Position numbers and translations under genes: made by a program. A stretch of DNA of 64,000 nt. It comes from Candidatus Latescibacterota bacterium (GTDB lineage Bacteria > Latescibacterota > UBA2968 > GCA-2709665). Positions 30,690-40,202 of the stretch are shown here, in pieces (within the stretch, counting starts at the first letter, position 1; every line of letters starts with the position of its first letter). Below the pieces are notes generated by a model, which did not search any database, was not told the origin of the DNA, and was given only the letters and a program-made list of their open reading frames with translations. The stretch is from positions 4,704,001 through 4,768,000 of the forward strand of contig OZ241917.1 in NCBI GenBank assembly GCA_965203805.1, given 5' to 3'.

Positions 30690-32454
30690 AAGGCGCCATT
30701 TCGGGCATCGTCAACACGCCGTGCGACGGAATCAGACCGAGGCGGCGAGCCAGAGCGACGATCGGTTCTACTTTGCGGATCGTTTGTACTAATGCGGCGG
30801 CGGCGGCCGATTCGCTGCTGCGAACGATGCCGTGTTCCAGGAGATATTCCCAAGTGGACTTCGGCCTCGGATAAACCCGCAGCCGGAGTTCGGCATCGGG
30901 CGGCAGTTGTGCCGCTTCACGAACAACCTGCAACGCTTTTTGATAACCACCCAGTTCGTCCACCAGCCCCAACGCCCTGGCGTCCTCGCCGGTCCAGATC
31001 CGTCCCCGGGCAATGTCGAGCACCCGTTCCTTCGTCAGAGATCGGCCCTCGGCGACCTTGTCGGTGAAATCCTCGTACACCGTGTCCAGCCACGCCTGGA
31101 ACAGCGCCCATTCTTCGTCCGAGAAGTCTTTTGTGCCGGTCCACATGGTGGAATGGGCGCTGGTGTGGACTTCATCCCACGAGATTCCGGTTTTCTCCCA
31201 CATGCCCGACGTCAGCATCTTTCCCGCGACGACGCCGATGGAGCCGGTGATCGTTCCCGGCTGCGCCACGATCCGGTCCGCGGCCATGGCAACGAAGTAT
31301 CCGCCTGAGCCCGCCAGGTCCCCCATGGATACCACGACCGGTTTGCCGGCATCACGGGCCCGCACGGTCTCACGCCAAATCGCGTCGGAGGCGACGTAAG
31401 AACCTCCGGGACTGTCGACGCGAAACAGGATCGCTTCGACCTCCTCGTCGCGAACCGCGTTTCGAAAAGCCCTGGCGACCGTATCCGATCCCATCGTGGT
31501 GGCTCCTGATGCGGGGTCGAAATCACTCTTGCCACGCGTCACGCCCCCGACGCCGTAGATTAATGCGACGGTCTCCGTCCTTTCATCCGGCCGTTCCATA
31601 CGCTTAAGATACTTGTGCAGCGTCAGATATTTCGCGCCCTCGTCCACCTGTTCTTTCACGCGCTCGTAGACCTCGTCCCGGTACGCCAATCCGTCCACCA
31701 GCCCGGCCTCGAGCGCGTCTCTGGAGAAGAACGGACCCTGATCGAACAGGTTGCGTACCGTCTCGTACGGCAGGCCGCGCTTGTCCGCGATTCCCCGCAC
31801 CAGCTGGTCGAATTGCGAGTTCATGACGGTTTTCGTCGCCTTTTTGTGTTCGGGGGTGTATTCGCGTTCCGTGTAGAGATTCTTCGCGTTCTTGTACTCT
31901 GCTCGATGGTCCAGGCGAGGGACAACGCCGAATTTTTCCAGCATTCCGCGAATGAACGGGGTCTCCGCAATTAGGCCGGTAAGCCCGACGACGCCCGAAG
32001 GTTGGAGATAAATCTCGTCGAAAGCCGTTGCCAGATAATAAGCGCCGTTGCCCGGGCCGAACTCGCCGAAGGTCTCTGCGTAGGCAACCGCGGGTTTGCC
32101 GCTCTCGCCGAAGGCATGCACGGCGTCTCGCACCTCCTGCAGGCGCGCGAGACCCATACCGCTGTTTCCCACCCTTGCCAGAAGCGCCACAACGCGTTCG
32201 TCTGACGCGGCGCGGTGAAGGCCTTCGACCAGATCCCGTACGGTGATTGCATCGGGAAACAGAACATCTGCGATCGGATTGCCCGGAATGTATTCCGGGA
32301 GATTCCGTTCAAGGTTCAATTCCAGGACCGCGAGTCCCGGTACCGTTTCTTCTTCCTTGTAGAGCAGCGCGATGGCGACTGCCACGATAACGATGACGAA
32401 CAGGGTGGCCGCGCCGCCGATAATTGCAAACACCTTGATTGCGATCCGCTTCAT
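30682..32454 (-). CDS. sppA: Signal peptide peptidase SppA (long two-domain type)
   Basis: N-terminal TM, YYLATA, RVDSPGGS, SMGDLAGSGGY, TGSIGV, GRIWTG. Confidence 0.93.
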   Translation of the reverse strand: MKRIAIKVFAIIGGAATLFVIVIVAVAIALLYKEEETVPGLAVLELNLERNLPEYIPGNPIADVLFPDAITVRDLVEGLHRAASDERVVALLARVGNSGMGLARLQEVRDAVHAFGESGKPAVAYAETFGEFGPGNGAYYLATAFDEIYLQPSGVVGLTGLIAETPFIRGMLEKFGVVPRLDHRAEYKNAKNLYTEREYTPEHKKATKTVMNSQFDQLVRGIADKRGLPYETVRNLFDQGPFFSRDALEAGLVDGLAYRDEVYERVKEQVDEGAKYLTLHKYLKRMERPDERTETVALIYGVGGVTRGKSDFDPASGATTMGSDTVARAFRNAVRDEEVEAILFRVDSPGGSYVASDAIWRETVRARDAGKPVVVSMGDLAGSGGYFVAMAADRIVAQPGTITGSIGVVAGKMLTSGMWEKTGISWDEVHTSAHSTMWTGTKDFSDEEWALFQAWLDTVYEDFTDKVAEGRSLTKERVLDIARGRIWTGEDARALGLVDELGGYQKALQVVREAAQLPPDAELRLRVYPRPKSTWEYLLEHGIVRSSESAAAAALVQTIRKVEPIVALARRLGLIPSHGVLTMPEMAPFK

Positions 32455-32494
32455 GGCAGACCTCCATCGGATAGACGTTCTTTAGACAACGGGC

Positions 32495-32755
32495 TCAAAC
32501 GCCACGGGGCCGTTCGATTTCCCAGCCGGGAAAGACCAGTACGGCAGGATGGCACATTAACGCACGCGCCAGCACCTTGGCGCGCTCTACGCCAAGTCTT
32601 ATGCGCCCGTTCTCGATGGCCGATATTGTCGGCTGGGGAATCCCGGTACGCCTGGCGAGTTCATTCTGGCTGAGTTTCTGAAGTTTGCGGATCGTGCGGA
32701 CGGATTCTCCAACGGACACGGCCACGCGTTTCGGCGCTTTTCGGTGTTTTTCCAT
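32495..32755 (-). CDS. XRE HTH antitoxin (HigA-like)
   Basis: VSVGESVRTIRKLQKLSQNELARRTGIPQPTISAIENGR. Confidence 0.85.
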   Translation of the reverse strand: MEKHRKAPKRVAVSVGESVRTIRKLQKLSQNELARRTGIPQPTISAIENGRIRLGVERAKVLARALMCHPAVLVFPGWEIERPRGV

Positions 32756-32772
32756 TTTATTCCCTCCCGCGA

Positions 32773-33033
32773 TCACTTGACCAGTATCGCCCTTACGCGG
32801 ATCTCCCGCTCCCTGACTCTGTAGACGACACGACACCCGGCGCTGAACCGGGACTGACGCCGACCCTTTTTCTTCCCCGGCACGGCCTCGTCCACGAAGC
32901 CTTCGATGCGCCTGACGCCTTCCGGGCCGGAAAGGGATACGATATCCTTCCATGTCTCGTATCGTATGAGGGCTTTCCGAGGGAGGGTGTCGATCTGCCT
33001 GCCAACCCTGCGATGTTCGACAATCGTCCACAT
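32773..33033 (-). CDS. RelE/HigB-family toxin, possibly degenerate
   Basis: MWTIVEHRRV...YETWKDIV..SGPEG...GFVDEA...SR....RVVYRV; toxin-first order; no RBS (probably leaderless). Confidence 0.72.
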   Translation of the reverse strand: MWTIVEHRRVGRQIDTLPRKALIRYETWKDIVSLSGPEGVRRIEGFVDEAVPGKKKGRRQSRFSAGCRVVYRVREREIRVRAILVK

Positions 33034-33109
33034 ATTAAATAATGTATAGTCTATAGACAATATGACAATGAAATTCGAAGTTGCGTTCTGTCCCGTAAAT
33101 CGATCGCCG

Positions 33110-33337
33110 AAGGCGGTGAGAGGGTAGACGGTAGATGAAGGCGGTGAGACGGTAGTTAAAGGGGGTGAGAGGGTAGAGGTTAGACGGTAGATGACGTCCT
33201 TGCCCGATTGGTTCTTCCACTATGCCTGCGGCAAGAGATGATACCGAACAGGGCACACAAAATCTCACGTCTCACGTCTACCCGTTCTTCCGGCACTCAC
33301 GGTATCTCCCGTCTCACGTCTTACGTCTCACTGCTTT
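33110..33337 (+). repeat. Heptamer-flanked conserved-core element, copy B
   Basis: CGGTAGA/CGGTGAG-type array, core 33193-33260, then TCTCACG-type array. Confidence 0.85.
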
Positions 33338-33455
33338 CAGTGTCTTCTTGTGCTGAAATCGTACATGATTCGCCCTTTTCGGTTGACAAGAGCGGATGGT
33401 ACCGTGCATGTTTATTATTGAGTCAGGACGTACGGCATTCGACGCTGAGGTTAAT

Positions 33456-34427
33456 ATGGGCGATATTCTCAAGGTGGAGCACCTGGAGGCCGGGCCGGGA
33501 CAGCGGAAGGACGGCTTTCTCACGGTGGGAGAGACGCAGGACAGCGCTCCCGCGCGCCTTCCGGTTGTACTGGTGAACGGTGCAGAGCCGGGTCGCACGT
33601 TGTACCTGCAGGCGGCGAGCGACGGCGACGAACTGAACGGTATCGCGGTGATCAGGCGGGTTCTGAACCGGCTGGACCCCGCCGCGCTTAAGGGCAGGGT
33701 GATTGCTACCCTGATTGTGAACTTTCATGCCTTTCACGCCGGCGAGTCCCTGAATCCCGTGGACGGGAAGAAGATGAACCGGTGTTTTCCAGGTCGCAAG
33801 GAAGGCACGTCGAGCGAGAGGGTGGCGTATCGACTGTTCCATCGCGCGGTGAAACAGTCAGACTTCTGTATCGATCTCCATCAGGGCGGCGTCCGGCCGA
33901 TGATTGACGAGGTCCGTGTGCGGGTGGACCGGAGAAAACGCATCCACAGAGCTTGTATGGAAATGGCAAAGGTATTCGACATCGGCTACATTCTGGACTG
34001 CCGGGGTCCCGACGGGCAGTTGGCGCGCGCAGCGCCCGATGAAGGGATTCCCACCATCGACCCGGAACTGGGAGGATGCCACGGATGGGATGAAGGCAGC
34101 ATCCGGAAGGGCGTGGCGGGCGTGGAGAATATCCTGAAGCACTACGGGTTCGTCGAAGGACGGCCGCGGACTCCCCGGCGTCAAACCGTGGTGGACGGCT
34201 TCCTCTCGCTCCTCGCGGCCAGGGGTGGCTTCGTTGAGTATCGGGCCGCTCTGTACGACCATTTGCAGAAAGGGGACCCCGTGGCCGAAGTGACCGACCC
34301 CTTCGGCACGGTGCTCGAAACGGTTTACGCCCCGCAGGAGTCCATTTTCTGGGCGCGGTCGCTGCGGCCGATGGCCGCTACCGGCGAACCGGTGGCTATG
34401 CTCGGGAAGAATATACGGTACGTATAA
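33456..34427 (+). CDS. Succinylglutamate desuccinylase/aspartoacylase family (M14-like) protein
   Basis: SDGDELNG, MNRCFPG, IDLHQG, C-terminal lipoyl-like barrel. Confidence 0.85.
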   Translation: MGDILKVEHLEAGPGQRKDGFLTVGETQDSAPARLPVVLVNGAEPGRTLYLQAASDGDELNGIAVIRRVLNRLDPAALKGRVIATLIVNFHAFHAGESLNPVDGKKMNRCFPGRKEGTSSERVAYRLFHRAVKQSDFCIDLHQGGVRPMIDEVRVRVDRRKRIHRACMEMAKVFDIGYILDCRGPDGQLARAAPDEGIPTIDPELGGCHGWDEGSIRKGVAGVENILKHYGFVEGRPRTPRRQTVVDGFLSLLAARGGFVEYRAALYDHLQKGDPVAEVTDPFGTVLETVYAPQESIFWARSLRPMAATGEPVAMLGKNIRYV

Positions 34428-34454
34428 GCGGCCGCGGGAGATGGCGCTGGCTGA

Positions 34455-34718
34455 CTATTCGGGCGCGGGTCTGACCTCGTCGATGCGTTCACGGACAAGG
34501 GGCCGGATGTAGACGTCGTCCAGCGAAAGCCGGGCGAATTCCCGGGCGAAGATCTCAATGTGGGTCCTGACGTCCGGGCCGCGGTTAAGGATGAAGCGCC
34601 GCTCTCCGCGTACCACGCACAACCCCCCTGCGCCGCCCTCGAGATCGGCATAGGTGACGGGAATATCCAGACGCTCGGCGAGGGCTTCGAATTCCTGCAG
34701 TAACTGGGTGTCGGTCAT
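34455..34718 (-). CDS. Small hypothetical protein
   Basis: MTDTQLLQEFEALAERLDIPV...GGLCVVRGERRFILN...DDVYIRPLVRE; fills the gap between genes. Confidence 0.7.
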   Translation of the reverse strand: MTDTQLLQEFEALAERLDIPVTYADLEGGAGGLCVVRGERRFILNRGPDVRTHIEIFAREFARLSLDDVYIRPLVRERIDEVRPAPE

Positions 34719-34908
34719 ATCGCGGTTGTGGTTGTAAGGCTTGCGCCAGACAGGAGGGGCAGGCGATAGGGAGTGCAGCGTTAGCCGCTGCAATATAACC
34801 CACCCGGAAACACCCTCCAATGGCGAAGCGCAAGGCCGGGGAACGGCATTCGAGGGCGAATACGTCCCGCGTTGCCTGCGCGAGCCAGCCGGATATTCCC
34901 TCAGGTAA

Positions 34909-35703
34909 ATGATGGACCTCAAGCCGTTTACAGGCCCGAAATCCTTCGGTAGAGCCTACCGGACGATGCTCGAAAACGATCCTCACGCCGCAGGAAGCGT
35001 CGATCGTGAGATCATGTCCGGCATGATCAGGCTCTGCCGCGAAACCGCTCCCTATCTTTATGGCGGTTTCTCGGACCTGACCGCAGGCTATCCGGCGGGT
35101 TCCCGACCGGTTCTGGAAAGGTTGCTCACTAAGGCCGGGTTACCAGTCGGAGATCCTGAGCGAAGGGTCGCCCGAATCGCTGCACTCACCAGAAGTCTGG
35201 ATCGCGAGGATGCCCCCGCAGGGTTGTCCGAAATGAGATTCGGAGGAACGGAAGAGGCGATCATCGCAAGGGGCACGGATTGGTGCACCGACGTGGCGCG
35301 GGTCGGCTGCGCGCTGTATCAGGTTGCCGGCTTCCCGAGCCGCATCGTGAGTCTTTTCAATCTGGATGCCGCCTATAGCGGACACGTCATCGTTGAAGTC
35401 CATCGACTCGGAGCCTGGGGCGCCGTCGACACGAATTCGGGGGTTGTCTATCGGAAGGACGACGGACGGCCTGCAACGACGTGGGACCTGATGAACGACG
35501 CGGAAGTGGTCAAACGGCACGATGCGCAGCCGTCTCAGTTCACCGGAGCCGGGATCGCCAACTACCGTGTGAGGGATTCGGATTTTCATGACTATACGGT
35601 GTCCGGGTTGAACGACTACTACCGCACGATTCTGTCCATGGCTGAACAGGGGTGGCCCGGCGGCCTTCGCTGGCTTCATGGAGAGGCTGGTGTACGATGC
35701 TGA
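34909..35703 (+). CDS. Transglutaminase-like cysteine enzyme
   Basis: WCTDVAR...AGFPSR...GHVIVEV...WGAVD Cys-His-Asp triad. Confidence 0.82.
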   Translation: MMDLKPFTGPKSFGRAYRTMLENDPHAAGSVDREIMSGMIRLCRETAPYLYGGFSDLTAGYPAGSRPVLERLLTKAGLPVGDPERRVARIAALTRSLDREDAPAGLSEMRFGGTEEAIIARGTDWCTDVARVGCALYQVAGFPSRIVSLFNLDAAYSGHVIVEVHRLGAWGAVDTNSGVVYRKDDGRPATTWDLMNDAEVVKRHDAQPSQFTGAGIANYRVRDSDFHDYTVSGLNDYYRTILSMAEQGWPGGLRWLHGEAGVRC

Positions 35704-35843
35704 GGTCCGAATTCCGCGAGAATCCTTGACAATTCCACCCTGTTCTTCTACGTTATCGAAGGAGGTACCGAAGACATTTTTGTTTATGTTGAAGCGTACA
35801 AATCTCCGATTATCGCTTCTGTCATCATTGTTGGCGGGGCGGC

Positions 35844-36152
35844 ATGGATTCTTTGCAGACTGAACGCATCGCAGCCAAAGCCGCGGACATTGTCGTAACA
35901 GACGATAGTTTGACCGTTGATTTCGTCGACGGGAGGAGTATATCGGTACCATTGGCATGGTTTCCACGGTTGGTTCACGGCACTCGGCAAGAGCGGGATA
36001 ATTGGAGAATAATCGGAAACGGAGAAGGATTTCACTGGCCGGACCTGGACGAAGACGTTAGTGTTGAAGGTCTGCTTCTGGGCAGGCCTTCCGGTGAAAG
36101 CCAGCGATCTTTTCAACGATGGCTGGTCGAACGTGCGAAAGACCCTGAATGA
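35844..36152 (+). CDS. DUF2442 domain protein (orphan)
   Basis: LTVDFVDGRSISVPLAWFPRL...GFHWPDLDEDVSVEGLL. Confidence 0.88.
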   Translation: MDSLQTERIAAKAADIVVTDDSLTVDFVDGRSISVPLAWFPRLVHGTRQERDNWRIIGNGEGFHWPDLDEDVSVEGLLLGRPSGESQRSFQRWLVERAKDPE

Positions 36153-36360
36153 TCTTAACTTGTCAAAAGGCGATTTCCCTCTGAACAAGACGACCCGGCG
36201 GTAACGTCATCACTCGTTGTTCTACGTTCATTCGGCGCCTCGATGACGCAAGACTATTCCTCGCGATTGCCGCCGAAACAGCTACTGCATAAGGCTTCAT
36301 ATTGATCTTACCCTTGATTACTCGCCTCGGAATAACTCCGCAACGTCTCAGTACTCCCGA

Positions 36361-36975
36361 ATGAAAAACCCGAGCCTTCCTCGCTGCGTCATCTTCGATC
36401 TGTCTGAAGTTTTCATCGCGGGGCTCCCCGGCGTCGAGAAGAGTATTTCGAAGAAACTCGGGATTCCCGAAGACGGTCTTTTGGAGAATTTCGGTGGAGA
36501 CCCGCTGTTCCAGGTCCTGGAAGGGCGAATTTCGGAAGCATCCTACCTGGGAGGGATTCTGGAACGAACGGGGTGGAACCTGGACCTGGTGTCGCTGAAG
36601 CGAATGTTAAGGGATAACTTTCATGTCCGGATTGCGGGTTCTCTGGACATCCTGCGCGAGGTGGCGAGGACCCATCCCGTCGCCATGCTGTCTGACCACG
36701 TACGGGAGTGGGTTCGATACATCGAGTCCATTCATTCGTTTCTGGATCTATTCGACGAAAGGTTCTATTCCTGCGATCTGGGCAAGACGAAGTACGACCC
36801 GACCGTTTTTCGGGATGTTCTCAACTTACTCGATTACGATCCTCACGAGTGTCTGTTTATTGACGATCGGATCCAGAACGTGAGAAACGCGGAGTCGGTT
36901 GGCCTGCCGTCCATCCAATTTCGCGACGCCGCGCAATTGCGCGGCGATCTTGAGAGCAGACAGGTACTGTGCTGA
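36361..36975 (+). CDS. HAD family phosphatase
   Basis: VIFDLS, MLSD, GKTK, LFIDDRIQNV. Confidence 0.85.
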   Translation: MKNPSLPRCVIFDLSEVFIAGLPGVEKSISKKLGIPEDGLLENFGGDPLFQVLEGRISEASYLGGILERTGWNLDLVSLKRMLRDNFHVRIAGSLDILREVARTHPVAMLSDHVREWVRYIESIHSFLDLFDERFYSCDLGKTKYDPTVFRDVLNLLDYDPHECLFIDDRIQNVRNAESVGLPSIQFRDAAQLRGDLESRQVLC

Positions 36976-37098
36976 TGTCGCTGACGGAAATGCGGGCACA
37001 ACAACTGTCAGGGGCGACGCGAATCGGCTGAAACCGGCTCCCGGCGGGTTACCCGCAACCCGATTTACTATACCCACTCACATCGCAAAGGCAACGCG

Positions 37099-37986
37099 TT
37101 GATTGACATTATCTCCCATGCCAGCGCCGACGATCTGATTTCCCATACCGCCGCGTACCTGGAATTGCGCGAGAGTGAGCACAGCCTGCCGCTCGGCCTG
37201 ATGTACGGGCTTGCCGGGAGTCCGCAGCGCGACGACAATGGGCCGCCGCTGCTGGTCAGTATCGCGGATCGGGGCAGGGTGGTCGGCATGGCGATTATGA
37301 CGCACGGAAGAAAGCTCGTCCTGAGCAGAATCGACGCGAGCATCGAGGATGCGGTGGAACGGCTGATTCGCCATTTGCGCACGATCAAGGTCTCGATACC
37401 CGGTATTGTCGGTCCGACGGCGGAAGCTCGCGCCTTTTCCGACTGCTGGGTCGGGAACGCGCACGGCATATCTTCCAGCCTTGCCATGAGTATGCGCGTA
37501 TTCGAAATCAGAGAGGTCGCGGCCGTGCCTCTCTCCGAGGGGGAACTGCGGCTTGCGGGGATGGACGATCACGCCGTTATGTCGCGGTGGATTGCCGGAT
37601 TCTCCGAGGCGATCGGCGAACCGGCGGACTTCGAGGCTGCCGCTCGCGGCGCCACGCGGTATATCCAGGCTGAACAACTGTATATATGGGACTACGAGGG
37701 GCCGGTTTCGATGGCCAAGACCTCTCATTCGACCAGAAACGGCATCAACATCAATGGGGTGTACACGCCTGCCGAACATCGTGATAAGGGATATGCGACT
37801 TCCTGCGTTTGGGCGCTGACGAAAAAACTGCTTTCGGATCGCTATTCGTTCTGCAGTCTGTTTACAGATCTCTTGAATCCCACCTCCAACAGCATCTACA
37901 CCAAAATAGGCTACAGGCCGGTGGGCGATGCAATGGCGTTTGACTTTTCGGATTCCGGTTCCGAAAGGCCTGAATCGTCTGCTTGA
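37099..37986 (+). CDS. GNAT family acetyltransferase
   Basis: GVYTPAEHRDKGYA, LFTDLLNPTSNSIYTKIGY. Confidence 0.88.
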   Translation: MIDIISHASADDLISHTAAYLELRESEHSLPLGLMYGLAGSPQRDDNGPPLLVSIADRGRVVGMAIMTHGRKLVLSRIDASIEDAVERLIRHLRTIKVSIPGIVGPTAEARAFSDCWVGNAHGISSSLAMSMRVFEIREVAAVPLSEGELRLAGMDDHAVMSRWIAGFSEAIGEPADFEAAARGATRYIQAEQLYIWDYEGPVSMAKTSHSTRNGININGVYTPAEHRDKGYATSCVWALTKKLLSDRYSFCSLFTDLLNPTSNSIYTKIGYRPVGDAMAFDFSDSGSERPESSA

Positions 37987-38058
37987 AGCGTCGATTCCGT
38001 GCATAACCGACTTGCGCGAAACAGATAACAGACACGATTCGAGAAAATGGAGCCCGGT

Positions 38059-39213
38059 ATGACGTTCGATCTACTCATCAGCGGAGGGACGCTGGTCGAT
38101 CCGGCGGCCGGCCTGAGCACTGTGAGGGACGTGGGTTTCTCGGCAGGGCGGGTAGCCGCCGTCGGGGAGTGCCTCGACCGGGGCGGGGCCCGGGAGGTGA
38201 TCGACGCCACGGGTTGCGTCGTGACGCCCGGACTGATCGATCTTCACGTGCACGTGTTTCCCGGTGTCAGTCATTATGGCATCGAACCCGATCCCACCTG
38301 TCTGGCTCGAGGAGCGACGACCGTGGTCGATGCGGGTTCCGCAGGCGCCGATATTTTTCCCGGTTTCCGGAAATACGTGATCGACGTGAGCGAGACGCGG
38401 ATTCTGGCGCAGATGAACATTTCGTCACAGGGGATGCTGACCGAAGAGATCGGAGAGTTCGAGATACCCGAATACGCGGACGTGGACAAGGCCTGCCGGA
38501 TGATCGAGCGGCACCGCGACATCGTTCTCGGCGTGAAGGTCCGGCTTACCCGGCACACAATTGTCAGTGAACGGTCCGGAATGCTCCCTCTCTACCGGGC
38601 AAGAGAGGCGGCAGATGCGGCGGGACTGCCCATTATGGTGCATCCGCAGGATGCGTGGTGCGATTCGATTGACGACATTCTGAGGGTGATGAAGGGCGGA
38701 GACATAATGACCCATTGTTATCACGACTTCCCGTGCGGGATTCTGGATGGCGAAGGTCGTGTTCGCGATTCGGTTCGGGAAGCGATTGAACGGGGCATCG
38801 TGTTCGACGTGGGGCACGGCGCGGGGTCCTTTTCATGGGAAGTCGTCGAGAAGGCGCTGTTACAGGACGTCCTGCCAACCACGATTTCATCGGACCTGCA
38901 CGTCTACAACGTGAACGGTCCGGTTTACGACCTGGCTTCCGTGGTGACGAAATTCCTGCATCTGGGTCTGCCTGTTGAAGATGCGATCTCCCGCGTGACG
39001 TCCGTGCCTGCCGGGATCGTCGGGATGCAGGGCGAGGTGGGTACGCTGGCGAAAGGTGCGTTCGGAGATGCCGTCGTGTTTGAACTGCGAGAAGGCGAGT
39101 TCATCCTGGAGGACTCGAGAGGGGTCGTTCGGACGGGCCGTCGAAGTCTGGTCCCGGTGACGGTCGTGAAGGGCGGCCGGATCTACACGTCCCGTCGCAA
39201 ACGTGGTAAGTGA
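38059..39213 (+). CDS. Amidohydrolase/deacetylase family metallohydrolase (dihydroorotase-like)
   Basis: PGLIDLHVH, VDAGS, GVKVR, MVH, THC, DVGHG, ISSDLH. Confidence 0.88.
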   Translation: MTFDLLISGGTLVDPAAGLSTVRDVGFSAGRVAAVGECLDRGGAREVIDATGCVVTPGLIDLHVHVFPGVSHYGIEPDPTCLARGATTVVDAGSAGADIFPGFRKYVIDVSETRILAQMNISSQGMLTEEIGEFEIPEYADVDKACRMIERHRDIVLGVKVRLTRHTIVSERSGMLPLYRAREAADAAGLPIMVHPQDAWCDSIDDILRVMKGGDIMTHCYHDFPCGILDGEGRVRDSVREAIERGIVFDVGHGAGSFSWEVVEKALLQDVLPTTISSDLHVYNVNGPVYDLASVVTKFLHLGLPVEDAISRVTSVPAGIVGMQGEVGTLAKGAFGDAVVFELREGEFILEDSRGVVRTGRRSLVPVTVVKGGRIYTSRRKRGK

Positions 39214-39321
39214 CGTGAGATAGGGGGATGCAGATGTCGTCGCCGATCCATCCCTTACTTGACACCTAAACGATCCCCATCCTTCGGACAAATTCGCCCA
39301 ACAGATAAACTGGAGCAACCA

Positions 39322-39795
39322 GTGAAGCCAAGGGTTTACGTAGAAACGTCGATATTTAGTTATCTGACTGCCAGTCTGAGTAACGATCTCAGGGTTGCAG
39401 CAAATCAGAGTATAACCATTGAGTGGTGGGACACACGTCAGCCCGATTTCGAACTTTTCGTTTCCGAATTGGTTACTGTTGAAGCGCAATTTGGTGATCC
39501 TGATCTTGCGCGACGGCGGTTGGATGCCATTGGAACTTTACCCAGGCTTGATGTGACCGTAAATGGAAGAGAACTAGCCAGAAATCTGGTTTCCAAGGGC
39601 CCTATTCCAGACAGAGCTGAAATGGATGCATACCATATCGCAGTTGCAGCGGTTAACGGTATGGAATACTTGCTTACCTGGAATTGCACACACATTGCCA
39701 ACGCAGTCATGAGGCCACAAATAGAAGAAATCTGCCGTCAGCAAGGCTTTGAACCGCCCGTTATCTGTACGCCTCAAGAATTGATGGAGGGTTGA
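39322..39795 (+). CDS. PIN-domain (VapC-like) protein
   Basis: VYVETSIFSYL, DAYHIAVA, LLTWNCTHIAN, ICTPQEL. Confidence 0.88.
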   Translation: MKPRVYVETSIFSYLTASLSNDLRVAANQSITIEWWDTRQPDFELFVSELVTVEAQFGDPDLARRRLDAIGTLPRLDVTVNGRELARNLVSKGPIPDRAEMDAYHIAVAAVNGMEYLLTWNCTHIANAVMRPQIEEICRQQGFEPPVICTPQELMEG

Positions 39796-39798
39796 ATC

Positions 39799-39975
39799 AT
39801 GTGGAAAGATCCGATTGTGGAAGAATCGCGAAAGCTCCGTGAGAAATACGCCGTAGAATTCAATCATGATATCGACGCTATTTATGAAGATATTCAAAAG
39901 CGACAAGCTCGATTATCCCAGAAACCAGTATCATTTCCGTCTCGCAAACCAACTCAAACGTCCTCTGCTGTCTAA
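39799..39975 (+). CDS. 58-aa partner of the PIN protein (putative antitoxin)
   Basis: Below ORF-track cut-off; MWKDPIVEESRKLREKYAVEFNHDIDAIYEDIQKRQ...; GGAGG RBS; 3-nt gap after PIN stop. Confidence 0.75.
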   Translation: MWKDPIVEESRKLREKYAVEFNHDIDAIYEDIQKRQARLSQKPVSFPSRKPTQTSSAV

Positions 39976-40202
39976 TTGGCGCGGTCATTACTCTCGGCAA
40001 GAAACAAGAGTGGTCTGTCATGTTGATTTACGAAAAACGAGGTATTCCGAATGGCGAGAATTTGGACGTGGTTTTTTGTGGGGGTGGTCCGGTAGGAAAC
40101 GTCGCTGCGTTCGTGAGCATGGGTTTTTTGCGTTAATCAGGATACAGAGGATGGGTTGGAGATTTCTATCGGAAAGCGAGCGCCCAAAGGATCGAGATAA
40201 AA

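Noticed and set aside
33110-33337. CRISPR array
   Set aside because: Units are 7-bp tandem repeats with no unique spacers; no cas genes
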